From Clostridia bacterium (lineage in GTDB: Bacteria > Bacillota > Clostridia > UBA1212 > UBA1255): a DNA stretch of 64,000 nt. Made by a program: the position numbers and the translations under genes. Under the pieces are notes generated by a model. The model was not told the origin of the DNA and ran no database searches. It saw nothing but the letters and a program-made list of their open reading frames with translations. The stretch is taken from assembly GCA_017620915.1 (NCBI GenBank), contig JAFZSK010000014.1:2712-66711 (forward strand), given 5' to 3'. Below, one piece after another: positions 54,642-63,718 of the stretch; within the stretch, counting starts at the first letter, position 1; every line of letters starts with the position of its first letter.

Positions 54642-56627
54642 TTGCATAAGATCGGAGTATTTGTTTGCTGGTGCGGCAGCAATATAGCCGCGACTGTGGA
54701 CGTTGACCGAGTGGTGGCGGAGGCCAAAGTGCAGCCCGGCGTGGTGTTCGCGCAGGACTACCAGTATATGTGCTCGGAAGCGGGCCAGAATATAATAAAA
54801 GACGCAATTAAAACGCATGGACTCACAGGCGTGGTGGTGTGCTCCTGCTCGCCGCGCATGCACGAAGCGACGTTCCGCAAAGCCGCGGCGCAGGCCGGGC
54901 TCAACCCGTTCATGGTGGAGATCGCCAACATCCGCGAGCACTGTTCCTGGATCCACAAGGACAAGGAAGAAGGCACGGAGAAGGCGTGCGTGCTGATGCG
55001 GGCGGCGGTGGCAAAAGTAACCCTGAACGCGCCCCTGAAAGCGGGGGAGAGCAAAGTCGTGAAACGCGCGCTGGTGATCGGCGGCGGTATCGCGGGCATA
55101 CAGACGGCGCTGGATATTGCCGACGCCGGATTCCCGGTGGATATCGTGGAAAAGAACGCCACCATCGGCGGGCGCATGGCGCAGCTGGATAAAACGTTCC
55201 CGACGCTGGACTGCTCGTCGTGCATATTGACCCCGAAAATGGTGGAGGCCAAGGCCAACGAGAACATCCGCCTCATTACCTACGCGGAAGTGGAGGAAGT
55301 GAGCGGCTTCGTGGGCAGCTTCAAAGCGAAGATCCGCAAAAAAGCGCGCTTCGTCAAAGAAGACGTCTGCACCGGCTGCGGCGTGTGCATGTCCAAATGC
55401 CCCTCCAAGAAGGGCCTCAACGAGTTCAACATGGGGCTGAACAACCGTTCCGCCATCTATATCCCGTTCGCCCAGGCGATCCCCAACGTGGCGGTGATCG
55501 ATAAAGAGCAGTGCATCAAGCTGAAGACCGGCAAATGCGGGCTGTGCCAGAAAGTGTGCACCGCGGGGGCGATCGACTACACCCAGCAGGACGAGTTCAT
55601 CGAAGAAGAGTACGGCGCGATCGTGATGGCAACGGGGTTCCGGCCCATTGACGCCTCAAAATTCGACGAGTATTCCTACTCCACCTGCAAGGACGTTGTC
55701 ACCTCGCTGGAACTGGAGCGCATAATGAACGCGGCGGGACCTACCGGCGGCGTACTGCTCCGGCCTTCCGACGGCAAGCATCCGCACTCCATCGTATTTA
55801 TCCAGTGCGTGGGCTCCCGCGACGTTTCCGGCCGCGGCAAACCCTACTGCTCCAAGATCTGCTGCATGTACACCGCCAAGCACGCCATGCTGATCCGGGA
55901 CAAATATCCGGACGTGGAAGTGCATGTGTTCTACATTGACGTCCGCACGCCGGGCAAGAACTTCGACGAGTTCTACCGCAGGGCGGCGGAGCAGTACGAC
56001 GTTGACTACATCAAAGGCCAGGTGGGCAAAGTATACGAGGAGAACGGGCAGCTGGTGGTGCGGGGCGTTGACCTCATCTCCAACGAACAGATCGTGCTGA
56101 ACGCCGACATGGTAGTGCTGGCCACGGCCATCGAGCCGGATCCCACCGCGCGCAAAGTGGCCAACATGCTCACCGCCAGCATCGACACCAACGATTTCAT
56201 CACCGAAGCGCACCCCAAACTGCGCCCGGTGGAGAGCCCCACGGCGGGCATCTTCCTGTCCGGCGTGTGCCAGGGCCCGAAAGACATACCCGAGACCGTG
56301 TCCCAGGCGGGCGCGGCGGCCTCCAAGGTCATCGGTCTGCTGGCGAAGGACAAACTCACAACAAACCCGTGCGTGGCTCATTCCGACGAGCTTTTGTGCA
56401 ACGGCTGCTCGTGCTGCGAAAAAGTCTGCCCGTACAGCGCGATCTCCTATGAGACCAAACTGATCAACGACCACGGCGTCAAAGAGACCCGGCGCGTGGC
56501 GATGGTCAACGAAGCGCTCTGCCAGGGCTGCGGCGCCTGCACGGTGGTGTGCCCCTCCGGCGCTATGGACCTCAAGGGCTTCTCGAATAAACAGATCATG
56601 GCGGAGGTGGATGCGATATGTCTGTAA
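54642..56627 (+). CDS. hdrA: Heterodisulfide-reductase subunit A-like FAD/FeS flavoprotein (candidate bifurcating subunit); TTG start
   Basis: KIGVFVCWCGSNI N-terminal Cys cluster. FAD-binding VIGGGIAGIQTALDIADAG. An inserted ferredoxin domain (CTGCGVCMSKCP, CGLCQKVCTAGA) and C-terminal CxGCxxCxxxCP motifs. Confidence 0.85.
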   Translation: MHKIGVFVCWCGSNIAATVDVDRVVAEAKVQPGVVFAQDYQYMCSEAGQNIIKDAIKTHGLTGVVVCSCSPRMHEATFRKAAAQAGLNPFMVEIANIREHCSWIHKDKEEGTEKACVLMRAAVAKVTLNAPLKAGESKVVKRALVIGGGIAGIQTALDIADAGFPVDIVEKNATIGGRMAQLDKTFPTLDCSSCILTPKMVEAKANENIRLITYAEVEEVSGFVGSFKAKIRKKARFVKEDVCTGCGVCMSKCPSKKGLNEFNMGLNNRSAIYIPFAQAIPNVAVIDKEQCIKLKTGKCGLCQKVCTAGAIDYTQQDEFIEEEYGAIVMATGFRPIDASKFDEYSYSTCKDVVTSLELERIMNAAGPTGGVLLRPSDGKHPHSIVFIQCVGSRDVSGRGKPYCSKICCMYTAKHAMLIRDKYPDVEVHVFYIDVRTPGKNFDEFYRRAAEQYDVDYIKGQVGKVYEENGQLVVRGVDLISNEQIVLNADMVVLATAIEPDPTARKVANMLTASIDTNDFITEAHPKLRPVESPTAGIFLSGVCQGPKDIPETVSQAGAAASKVIGLLAKDKLTTNPCVAHSDELLCNGCSCCEKVCPYSAISYETKLINDHGVKETRRVAMVNEALCQGCGACTVVCPSGAMDLKGFSNKQIMAEVDAICL

Positions 56628-57055
56628 ACGCTGATTGGAAGCCGCGTATCGTGGCATTCTGCTGCAACTGGTGCAGTTACGCCGGCGCGGATCTGGCGGG
56701 TTCCTCCCGTCTCGCGTATCCCGCGGACGTGAAGATCATCCGCGAGCCCTGCTCCTGCCGGGTCAATCCCATGTTCATCCTCAAAGCCTTCGAACGCGGC
56801 GCGGACGGCGTGATCCTGTGCGGCTGTCACCCCGGCGACTGCCACTACAGCACGGGCAACTACTACACCCGCCGCCGTATGGCGCTCCTGTTCAGCATGC
56901 TGGACTACATCGGTGTGGAACGCGGCCGCACCCGCGTGGAGTGGGTCTCCGCCGCGGAAGGCGCCAAATTCTCCCGCGTCATGAACGACTTCGTGGCGCA
57001 GATCCGCGAACTGGGCGAAAATGTGAAAGTAGGTGACCTGAGATGCAAAGAGTGA
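56618..57055 (+). CDS. mvhD: MvhD/FlxD-type hydrogenase delta-subunit-like [2Fe-2S] protein
   Basis: RIVAFCCNWCSYAGADLAG...REPCSCRVNP...VILCGCHPGDCHY: the characteristic MvhD cysteine pattern. Confidence 0.8.
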   Translation: MSVNADWKPRIVAFCCNWCSYAGADLAGSSRLAYPADVKIIREPCSCRVNPMFILKAFERGADGVILCGCHPGDCHYSTGNYYTRRRMALLFSMLDYIGVERGRTRVEWVSAAEGAKFSRVMNDFVAQIRELGENVKVGDLRCKE

Positions 57056-58041
57056 GCGAGAGAGTGATCGCACGCGCCCGCGAGCTGATGCGCGAGGGTA
57101 CCGTCAATAAGGTTGCCGGCTGGAAGGCAGGCGAGTTTTTCTACGACTGCGCGCCGTACGTGTTCGAGAGCGAGGAATCGCTTAAAGATCTGGTATACGA
57201 CCGCTTCTGCGCCGCCAACCTCAGCAAATACATGATCAAAAACAGCGTTGCCGCCGGTGCGGAAGGCGGTAAAGTGCTGGTGCTGCTGAAGCCGTGCGAC
57301 ACGTACAGCTTCAACCAGCTGCTCACAGAACATCGCATTGCCCGCGAGAACGTATACGTTCTGGGCGTGGGGTGCGAGGGGATGTGCGACATTGACCGCA
57401 TCCGCGAAAAAGGCTTTAAAGGCATCACCGGCGTGGATGAGAACGCGGACGGCAAAACGCTCACCGTGCACACGCTGTACGGCGACGGCGAGGTCGCCAT
57501 CGACGACGTGCTGGTCAATAAATGTGAGTTCTGCAAAGGCAAGGCTCACATGATCTTTGACGAACTGATCTCGGACAACGAAGACGAAGGCCCCCGCGGC
57601 GACCGCTTCGCCGGCGTGCGGGAACTGGAGGCAATGTCTCCCGCGGACCGCTTTGCGTTCTGGCAGTCGGAGCTGTCCAAATGCATCCGCTGCAACGCGT
57701 GCCGCAACGCCTGTCCCGCCTGCTCCTGCCGCAAGTGCGTGTTCGACAACGACGCTTCCGGCATCGCGTCTAAGGCCAACACCGACAGCTTCGAAGAGAA
57801 AATGTTCCACATCATCCGCGCTTTCCACGTAGCCGGACGCTGCACGGACTGCGGCGAGTGCACGCGCGTATGTCCGCAGGGCATACCGCTCCACCTGTTC
57901 AACCGCAAATATATAAAAGACATCAACGAATTCTACGGCGAGTATGCCGCCGGCGCGGAAGCGGGACAGCGCGGGCCGCTGATCAACTATACCGTTGACG
58001 ACATCGAGCCTGCGGCTGTGAGCGACAAAGGAGGGAACTGA
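57043..58041 (+). CDS. FrhB/FdhB-like iron-sulfur protein with two [4Fe-4S] motifs (Flx-type electron-transfer subunit)
   Basis: N-terminal about 200-aa F420-hydrogenase-beta-like domain (..LLKPCDTYSFNQL..VLGVGCEGMCDI..). C-terminal CIRCNACRNACPACSC and CTDCGECTRVCP. Confidence 0.55.
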   Translation: MQRVSERVIARARELMREGTVNKVAGWKAGEFFYDCAPYVFESEESLKDLVYDRFCAANLSKYMIKNSVAAGAEGGKVLVLLKPCDTYSFNQLLTEHRIARENVYVLGVGCEGMCDIDRIREKGFKGITGVDENADGKTLTVHTLYGDGEVAIDDVLVNKCEFCKGKAHMIFDELISDNEDEGPRGDRFAGVRELEAMSPADRFAFWQSELSKCIRCNACRNACPACSCRKCVFDNDASGIASKANTDSFEEKMFHIIRAFHVAGRCTDCGECTRVCPQGIPLHLFNRKYIKDINEFYGEYAAGAEAGQRGPLINYTVDDIEPAAVSDKGGN

Positions 58042-58043
58042 CC

Positions 58044-59096
58044 ATGGCAATGAAGAAGATAGCATTGACCCAATTGGAACAGTTGTTCGCCGCGCTGTCG
58101 CTCACCCGTAAAGTGTATCTCCCCGTGGAGAAAGCGGGTCAATACGACTACGCCCCCTGGCAGCCCGGTCTCACATACCATCCTGAAGTGCTGCACACGG
58201 TCAAAAGCGCCAAGAGCGTATTCTTCCCCCAGAGCGAGGACCTGATCCGCTACAAGCGCGCGGGCCTCAGCCTGGAGATCAGTCAGCAGGCGCCGGAGGA
58301 CGAGGAATTCGTAGTGTTCGGCGTGCACGCATGCGACGTTGCCGGCTTTGAAGTGCTGGACCGGGTGTTCCTGTCGGAGCCTGTGGACAGCTATTATAAG
58401 GCGCGGCGGGAGCACGGCACCGTGTTCTCCGTGATGTGCGCAAAGCCCGAAGAGACGTGCTTCTGCGGTACGTTCGGGATTGATGCCGAAGCCCCCGGCG
58501 GCGACGTGCAGTCGTGGCTCGCGGACGGCGTGCTGTATATGGAGGCGCTCACCGAAAAGGGTGAGGCGCTGCTGGCGGCGGTATCGGGGATCGTCAGCGA
58601 GGTTGACGACGCCGGCACGCAGGCGGCAGCGGAGACCCGGGCGGCGCACAAAGCAATAATGGAAAGATTGCCCCTGGCGGACCTCACCACCGACGGCTTC
58701 GGCGCGGACGCGGAACTGCTCCCGCTGTTCAACCGGCCCGAGTGGAAAGAACTGGCTTCGTCGTGCCTGGGCTGCGGCACCTGCACTTATGTGTGTCCCA
58801 CCTGCCAGTGCTACGACATCCGCGAATATAACACGGGCAAGGAGATCCGCCGCTTCCGCGTCTGGGATTCCTGCATGTACTCCGACTTCACGATGATGGC
58901 GGCGGGCACGCCCCGGCCGGATCAGATGCAGCGGTTCCGTCAGCGCTTCATGCACAAACTGAAATACTATCCGGACAATTACGGCGGCGCGTTTTCGTGC
59001 GTTGGCTGCGGCCGCTGCCTGCAGAAGTGTCCAATCTCGATGAATATCGTTAAAGTTATGCGTAAACTGGGAGGTGCGAACCACAATGATAAATGA
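58044..59096 (+). CDS. AsrA-like (anaerobic sulfite reductase subunit A / sulfhydrogenase beta-like) 2x[4Fe-4S] protein
   Basis: 350 aa. CLGCGTCTYVCPTCQC and CVGCGRCLQKCP clusters. Architecture of the AsrA/HydB family. Confidence 0.65.
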   Translation: MAMKKIALTQLEQLFAALSLTRKVYLPVEKAGQYDYAPWQPGLTYHPEVLHTVKSAKSVFFPQSEDLIRYKRAGLSLEISQQAPEDEEFVVFGVHACDVAGFEVLDRVFLSEPVDSYYKARREHGTVFSVMCAKPEETCFCGTFGIDAEAPGGDVQSWLADGVLYMEALTEKGEALLAAVSGIVSEVDDAGTQAAAETRAAHKAIMERLPLADLTTDGFGADAELLPLFNRPEWKELASSCLGCGTCTYVCPTCQCYDIREYNTGKEIRRFRVWDSCMYSDFTMMAAGTPRPDQMQRFRQRFMHKLKYYPDNYGGAFSCVGCGRCLQKCPISMNIVKVMRKLGGANHNDK

Positions 59097-59913
59097 CACG
59101 CTTACGCCGCGGCTGGCGGTGGTGACGCAGATCCGCACCGAGACGCCCGACGTCAAGACCTTCCGCGTGGAAAGCGCGGACGGCACGCCGCTGTTCGACC
59201 ATATGCCGGGTCAATGCGCGATGCTCACGCTGCCCGGCGCAGGGGAGGCAATGTTCTCCATCACCTCTTCGCCTACAGTCGGCGGATATAAAGAGTTCAG
59301 CATCAAGCGGTGCGGGCGGCTGACCGACGCGCTGCACGCCATGGAGCCCGGCCAGCAGATCGGCATACGCGGCCCCTACGGCAAACCGTTCCCGGTGGAC
59401 ACGGAGTTCCGCGGAAAGAACCTGCTGTTTATTGCCGGCGGCATCGGCCTGGCGCCGCTGCACTCGGTGATCGAGTACGTGCGCGCGCACCGGGAAGCGT
59501 ACGGGCATATCGATATACTGTACGGCTCGCGGAGCGCCGCGGACCTCGTTGACCTCGACCGCATCCAGAACGAATGGATGCAGGAGCGGGATACCGGGGT
59601 GTATCTGACCATTGACCGCCCGCAGGACGGCTGGGACGGCCACGTGGGATTTGTCCCCGCGTACCTCAAAGAGCTGGCCTTTAAGCCCGACTGCACCGCC
59701 ATCATCTGCGGCCCGCCGATCATGATCAAATTCGTGCTGGCGGCGCTGATCGAAATGGGCTTCGACAAAACGCAGGTGTACACCACGCTGGAGCTCAAGA
59801 TGAAGTGCGGCGTGGGCAAATGCGGCCGCTGCAACATAGGATCGAAATTCGTGTGCAAAGACGGACCGGTGTTCCGCTGCGACGAGATCGACGAGCTGCC
59901 CAATGAGTATTGA
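59086..59913 (+). CDS. AsrB/FlxA/NfnA-like FAD- and NAD(P)H-binding oxidoreductase with C-terminal [2Fe-2S] (CGxGxCGxC) motif
   Basis: Ferredoxin-NADP-reductase-like fold (..RCGRLTDALH.., LLFIAGGIGLAPL) plus the C-terminal MKCGVGKCGRC cluster. ATG at 59086 with GGGAGGTG RBS, overlapping the upstream stop. Confidence 0.7.
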   Translation: MINDTLTPRLAVVTQIRTETPDVKTFRVESADGTPLFDHMPGQCAMLTLPGAGEAMFSITSSPTVGGYKEFSIKRCGRLTDALHAMEPGQQIGIRGPYGKPFPVDTEFRGKNLLFIAGGIGLAPLHSVIEYVRAHREAYGHIDILYGSRSAADLVDLDRIQNEWMQERDTGVYLTIDRPQDGWDGHVGFVPAYLKELAFKPDCTAIICGPPIMIKFVLAALIEMGFDKTQVYTTLELKMKCGVGKCGRCNIGSKFVCKDGPVFRCDEIDELPNEY

Positions 59914-59935
59914 CGCATCAGGAGGAGACGACAAC

Positions 59936-60610
59936 ATGGAAGAAATGGTAAACATATATTTTGCCGGCAAGTTATACACGGTGCCCGCGGGCATGACCAT
60001 CATGAACGCGCTGGAATACGCCGGGTACAAGCATATCCGCGGCTGCGGCTGCCGCGCGGGTTTCTGCGGCGCGTGCGCCACGATCTACCGGATCAAAGGG
60101 GAGCCGGAGCTGAAGTTCTGCCTGGCGTGCCAGACGCGGGTGCAGGAGGGAATGTACATTGCCAGCCTGCCGTTTTTCCCCACGCAGAAGCAGCGCTACG
60201 ATATCGAGGAAGTCAAACCGGATCAGAGCGTGATGATGGAGCTCTACCCCGAGATATACAGCTGCATCGGCTGCAACGCCTGCACCAAAGCGTGCCCCCA
60301 GGGCCTGCCGGTCATGCAGTACATCGCGTACGCCCAGCGGGGCGAGTATGAGAAGTGCGCAGAGGCGTCGTTCGACTGCATTGCCTGCGGCATGTGCTCG
60401 GCGCGCTGCCCGGCGGGGATCACGCACCCGATGGTGTCGCTGCTGGCGCGCCGGCTGAACGGCAAGTATATTGCTCCCCGGAGCGCGCATGTTGACAATC
60501 GCGTTCAGGAAGTACTGAACGGCGATTACGACGCGCTGATCAAAGAGCTGGCGGACAAGCCCGAAGCCGAGCTCCGCGACATGTACGACCACCGCGAGAT
60601 CGAGAAATAA
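59936..60610 (+). CDS. Succinate-dehydrogenase/fumarate-reductase iron-sulfur-subunit-like protein ([2Fe-2S] plant-ferredoxin domain plus two CxxCxxCxxxCP motifs)
   Basis: GCGCRAGFCGACAT...C (Cx4CxxC...C), then CIGCNACTKACP and CIACGMCSARCP. AGGAGGA RBS before the ATG at 59936. Confidence 0.7.
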   Translation: MEEMVNIYFAGKLYTVPAGMTIMNALEYAGYKHIRGCGCRAGFCGACATIYRIKGEPELKFCLACQTRVQEGMYIASLPFFPTQKQRYDIEEVKPDQSVMMELYPEIYSCIGCNACTKACPQGLPVMQYIAYAQRGEYEKCAEASFDCIACGMCSARCPAGITHPMVSLLARRLNGKYIAPRSAHVDNRVQEVLNGDYDALIKELADKPEAELRDMYDHREIEK

Positions 60611-60625
60611 GGGAGGAACGGTAAC

Positions 60626-62293
60626 ATGGCATTTGAGATCAAAGAACTGCCCGGTGTGTTCACCGGCGAAATGCTGGAATCCATAAAGAAAGTGGAAGCG
60701 ACCCGTCCGTCCCGTATCGGCGCGGAGCTCCGCCGCATGAGCGCGGAGGAAAAGGAAAAAGTGCTGCGGGACTTCCATCCCGACTATCGCGCGGACGGAT
60801 TTACCGTGCTGGAAGCGGGCCCCAACAAAGGCGAAAAAGTGCCCTCCGAACTGGCGGACCTGCTGGAAGGCCGGAGCCGCGTGCTGGGTGTGGCCGTTGA
60901 CCTGCAGCATCCGGATTACGATACCGACGTGCTGATCATCGGCGGCGGCGGCGCGGGCGCATCGGCGGCTATCGAAGCGAGCCAGGCGGGCGCGCGGGCA
61001 ATGATCGTCACCAAGCTCCGCCTCGGCGACGCCAACACCATGATGGCGGAAGGCGGCATACAGGCGGCGGACAAACCCAACGACTCACCGCTGATCCACT
61101 ACCTGGACGCGCTGGGCGGCGGTCACTTCACCAACAAACCCGAACTGCTCAAGAAGCTGGTCATGGAGGCGCCGGAGGCCATTCAGTGGCTGAACGGCCT
61201 GGGCGTCATGTTCGACAAAGACAAAGACGGCACGATGATCACCACCCACGGCGGCGGCACGTCCCGGAAACGCATGCACGCGTGCGCGGACTACTCCGGC
61301 GCGGAGATCATGCGGGTGCTGCGGGATGAGGTGCTGAACCGGGGGATAGAGGTCGTTGACTTCACCGCCGCCATCGAGCTGGTGCTGGACGATAAAGGTC
61401 AATGCGCCGGCGCCGTGCTCCGCAACATGGAGACCGGCGAGTTGCGCGTGGCGCGGGCGAAGGCGGTCATCATTGCCACCGGCGGCGCGGGGCGGCTGCA
61501 CTACCAGGGCTTCCCGACGTCAAACCATTACGGCGCCACGGCGGACGGCCTGGTGCTGGGCTACCGGGCGGGTGCGAAGCTGCTGTACGCGGATACGATC
61601 CAGTACCATCCGACGGGCGTTGCCTACCCGGCGCAGATGCTCGGCGCGCTGGTCACCGAGAAAGTGCGGTCCTGCGGGGCGCAGCTGGTCAACGTTGACG
61701 GCGTGGCCTTTATGAACCCCCTGGAGACCCGCGACGTGACCGCGGCCTCCATCATCCGCGAGTGCAAAGAGCGCGGCAAAGGCGTCCCCACGCCCATCGG
61801 CAGCGCGATCTGGCTGGATACCCCGATGATCGACGAGATCGGCGGCAAAGGCACCATCGAAAAACGCATCCCCGGCATGCTGCGCATGTACTCCAAATTC
61901 GGCATGGATATGCGCAAGACGCCTATATTGATATATCCCACGCTGCACTATCAGAACGGCGGCCTCGACGTGAGCGCGGACAGCATGACCGGCATCCCCG
62001 GCCTGTTCGTGGCGGGCGAGGCGGCGGGCGGCGTGCACGGACGCAACCGGCTGATGGGCAATTCCCTCCTGGACGTCATCGTATTCGGCCGCAACGCGGG
62101 CAAATACGCCGCGGCATACGTTCCGGGCGTGCGGCTCGGCGCGCCTACGCTCTCCCACGTGGAGAAGTTCGAGGCGGAACTCAAGGCTGCGGGCGTGGTG
62201 TCCAAAGTGGAATCGCCGCTGCTGCTGCCGGCGTACACCCACGGCAATCCCAAATTTGCCGGCACTGTGAAATGGGGGCATCCTGACTTATGA
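60626..62293 (+). CDS. Fumarate-reductase/succinate-dehydrogenase-type FAD flavoprotein (FrdA/SdhA/L-aspartate-oxidase/AprA superfamily) with an about 100-aa N-terminal extension
   Basis: FAD motif DVLIIGGGGAGASAAIEA. Active-site region ADTIQYHPTGVAYP...LVTEKVRSCGAQLVN aligns with the E. coli FrdA VQYHPTG...LMTEGCRGEGG (His-Pro-Thr and catalytic Arg retained). C-terminal SLLDVIVFGRNAG. AAGGGAGG RBS. Confidence 0.8.
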   Translation: MAFEIKELPGVFTGEMLESIKKVEATRPSRIGAELRRMSAEEKEKVLRDFHPDYRADGFTVLEAGPNKGEKVPSELADLLEGRSRVLGVAVDLQHPDYDTDVLIIGGGGAGASAAIEASQAGARAMIVTKLRLGDANTMMAEGGIQAADKPNDSPLIHYLDALGGGHFTNKPELLKKLVMEAPEAIQWLNGLGVMFDKDKDGTMITTHGGGTSRKRMHACADYSGAEIMRVLRDEVLNRGIEVVDFTAAIELVLDDKGQCAGAVLRNMETGELRVARAKAVIIATGGAGRLHYQGFPTSNHYGATADGLVLGYRAGAKLLYADTIQYHPTGVAYPAQMLGALVTEKVRSCGAQLVNVDGVAFMNPLETRDVTAASIIRECKERGKGVPTPIGSAIWLDTPMIDEIGGKGTIEKRIPGMLRMYSKFGMDMRKTPILIYPTLHYQNGGLDVSADSMTGIPGLFVAGEAAGGVHGRNRLMGNSLLDVIVFGRNAGKYAAAYVPGVRLGAPTLSHVEKFEAELKAAGVVSKVESPLLLPAYTHGNPKFAGTVKWGHPDL

Positions 62294-63597
62294 GCCTGTT
62301 CGGAGGAGTTATATCGGTCACCGGCATCGGGTTTCTGATGCTGTGCGTGCTGGCCGTTGCCGCCGTGGGCTACGCGCTCGGGCGGATCACGGTCAAAGGC
62401 GTATCGCTGGGCACGGCGGGGGTGTTCATTGTCGCCCTGGTGTTCGGCGCGCTGTGTTTTAAGTATATTGACACTCAGCTCGTGATGAAGGTGACAATGC
62501 CCGCGGCAGAGACCGCAGAGGCGGGGGCGGAAGCGGCGGCAACGACCGTCACCAAAAGCTACGCCTCGAACGCCCTAAAGATCATCGAGAACCTGGGCCT
62601 GATCCTGTTCGTGACCTCGGTGGGCTTCATTGCCGGTCCCAACTTTTTCAAGAACCTGAAAAAGAACTTCAAGTCGTACATTTTGCTGGGCCTGATCATT
62701 ATCCTGGCGGGCGCGGGAGCGTGCGCGGCGTGCTTCTTTATCGGCCGCGGCGGCGAGAGCGACTCCAAGGAGTTTGTGGCGATGCTGGTAGGGATATTGT
62801 CCGGTTCGCTCACCAGTACACCGGCGTTTTCCGCGGCGAAAGCGACGGTATTGCCCCAGTATGAAGACGCGGTAACCGTGGGCCACGGCATTGCGTACCT
62901 GTTCGGCGTGATCGGCGTGGTGCTGTTCGTGCAGCTGATCCCGAAGCTTACCAAAGCCAACATGGAAGAAGAACGCGCGAAACTGGCCGGTTCATCGGCC
63001 GCGGCTGAAGAGAAGACCGCCGAAAAAGCGCCCGAAAAGCTGTTTTCGCTGGACAAATTCGGCATCGGCATATTCGCGCTGGCGGCGGCGCTGGGCGTGA
63101 TCCTCGGCGCGATCCGCATACCGCTCAGCAGCAAAGGGCTTGACGGCACCACGTTCTCGCTGACGACTACCGGCGGCGCGCTGATCGTGTCGCTGCTGTT
63201 CGGGCATTTCCGCCGCATCGGCCGGCTGAACATCACGCCGGACAAAAAGACGCTGGAAGTGTTCCGGGAGACCGGGCTGATGCTGTTTCTGATCGGCGCG
63301 GGCATCGCGGGCGGCGCCAATTTCGTCAAATACTTCAAAGCCGTGTACTTCCTGTACGGGGTGGCAATGACGGTCATTCCGATGATCATCGGCTTCTTCT
63401 TCGCGAAATACGTGCTGAAGCTGAGCCTGCTCAACAACCTCGGGTCGATCACCGGCGGCATGACGTCGACGCCCGCGCTGGGCACGCTGATCAACGTGGC
63501 GGGGACGGATGACGTTGCCAGCGCGTATGCGGCAACGTATCCCATTGCCCTCATCGCGGTGGTACTGGCGTCGCAGTTCCTGGTGCTGCTGCTGTGA
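62290..63597 (+). CDS. AAE-family (aspartate:alanine exchanger / YidE-YbjL-like) putative dicarboxylate or amino-acid transporter, short form without TrkA-C domains
   Basis: N-terminal ...VAAVGYALGRITVKGVSLGTAGVFIVALVFG matches the AAE repeat signature, duplicated in the C-terminal half (...GIGIFALAAALGVILGAIRIP...). ATGA overlap with the upstream gene. Confidence 0.7.
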   Translation: MSLFGGVISVTGIGFLMLCVLAVAAVGYALGRITVKGVSLGTAGVFIVALVFGALCFKYIDTQLVMKVTMPAAETAEAGAEAAATTVTKSYASNALKIIENLGLILFVTSVGFIAGPNFFKNLKKNFKSYILLGLIIILAGAGACAACFFIGRGGESDSKEFVAMLVGILSGSLTSTPAFSAAKATVLPQYEDAVTVGHGIAYLFGVIGVVLFVQLIPKLTKANMEEERAKLAGSSAAAEEKTAEKAPEKLFSLDKFGIGIFALAAALGVILGAIRIPLSSKGLDGTTFSLTTTGGALIVSLLFGHFRRIGRLNITPDKKTLEVFRETGLMLFLIGAGIAGGANFVKYFKAVYFLYGVAMTVIPMIIGFFFAKYVLKLSLLNNLGSITGGMTSTPALGTLINVAGTDDVASAYAATYPIALIAVVLASQFLVLLL

Positions 63598-63718
63598 GCG
63601 GCAGGCGCGCTACTGATGCGTTTTGTCACTTGTTAACGAAAAAAGCATACGATATAATGAGTCCGGCAAAGGCAATTGCCGGACTTTTATTTGTAAGATT
63701 GCAGGGACGGAGGACCGG

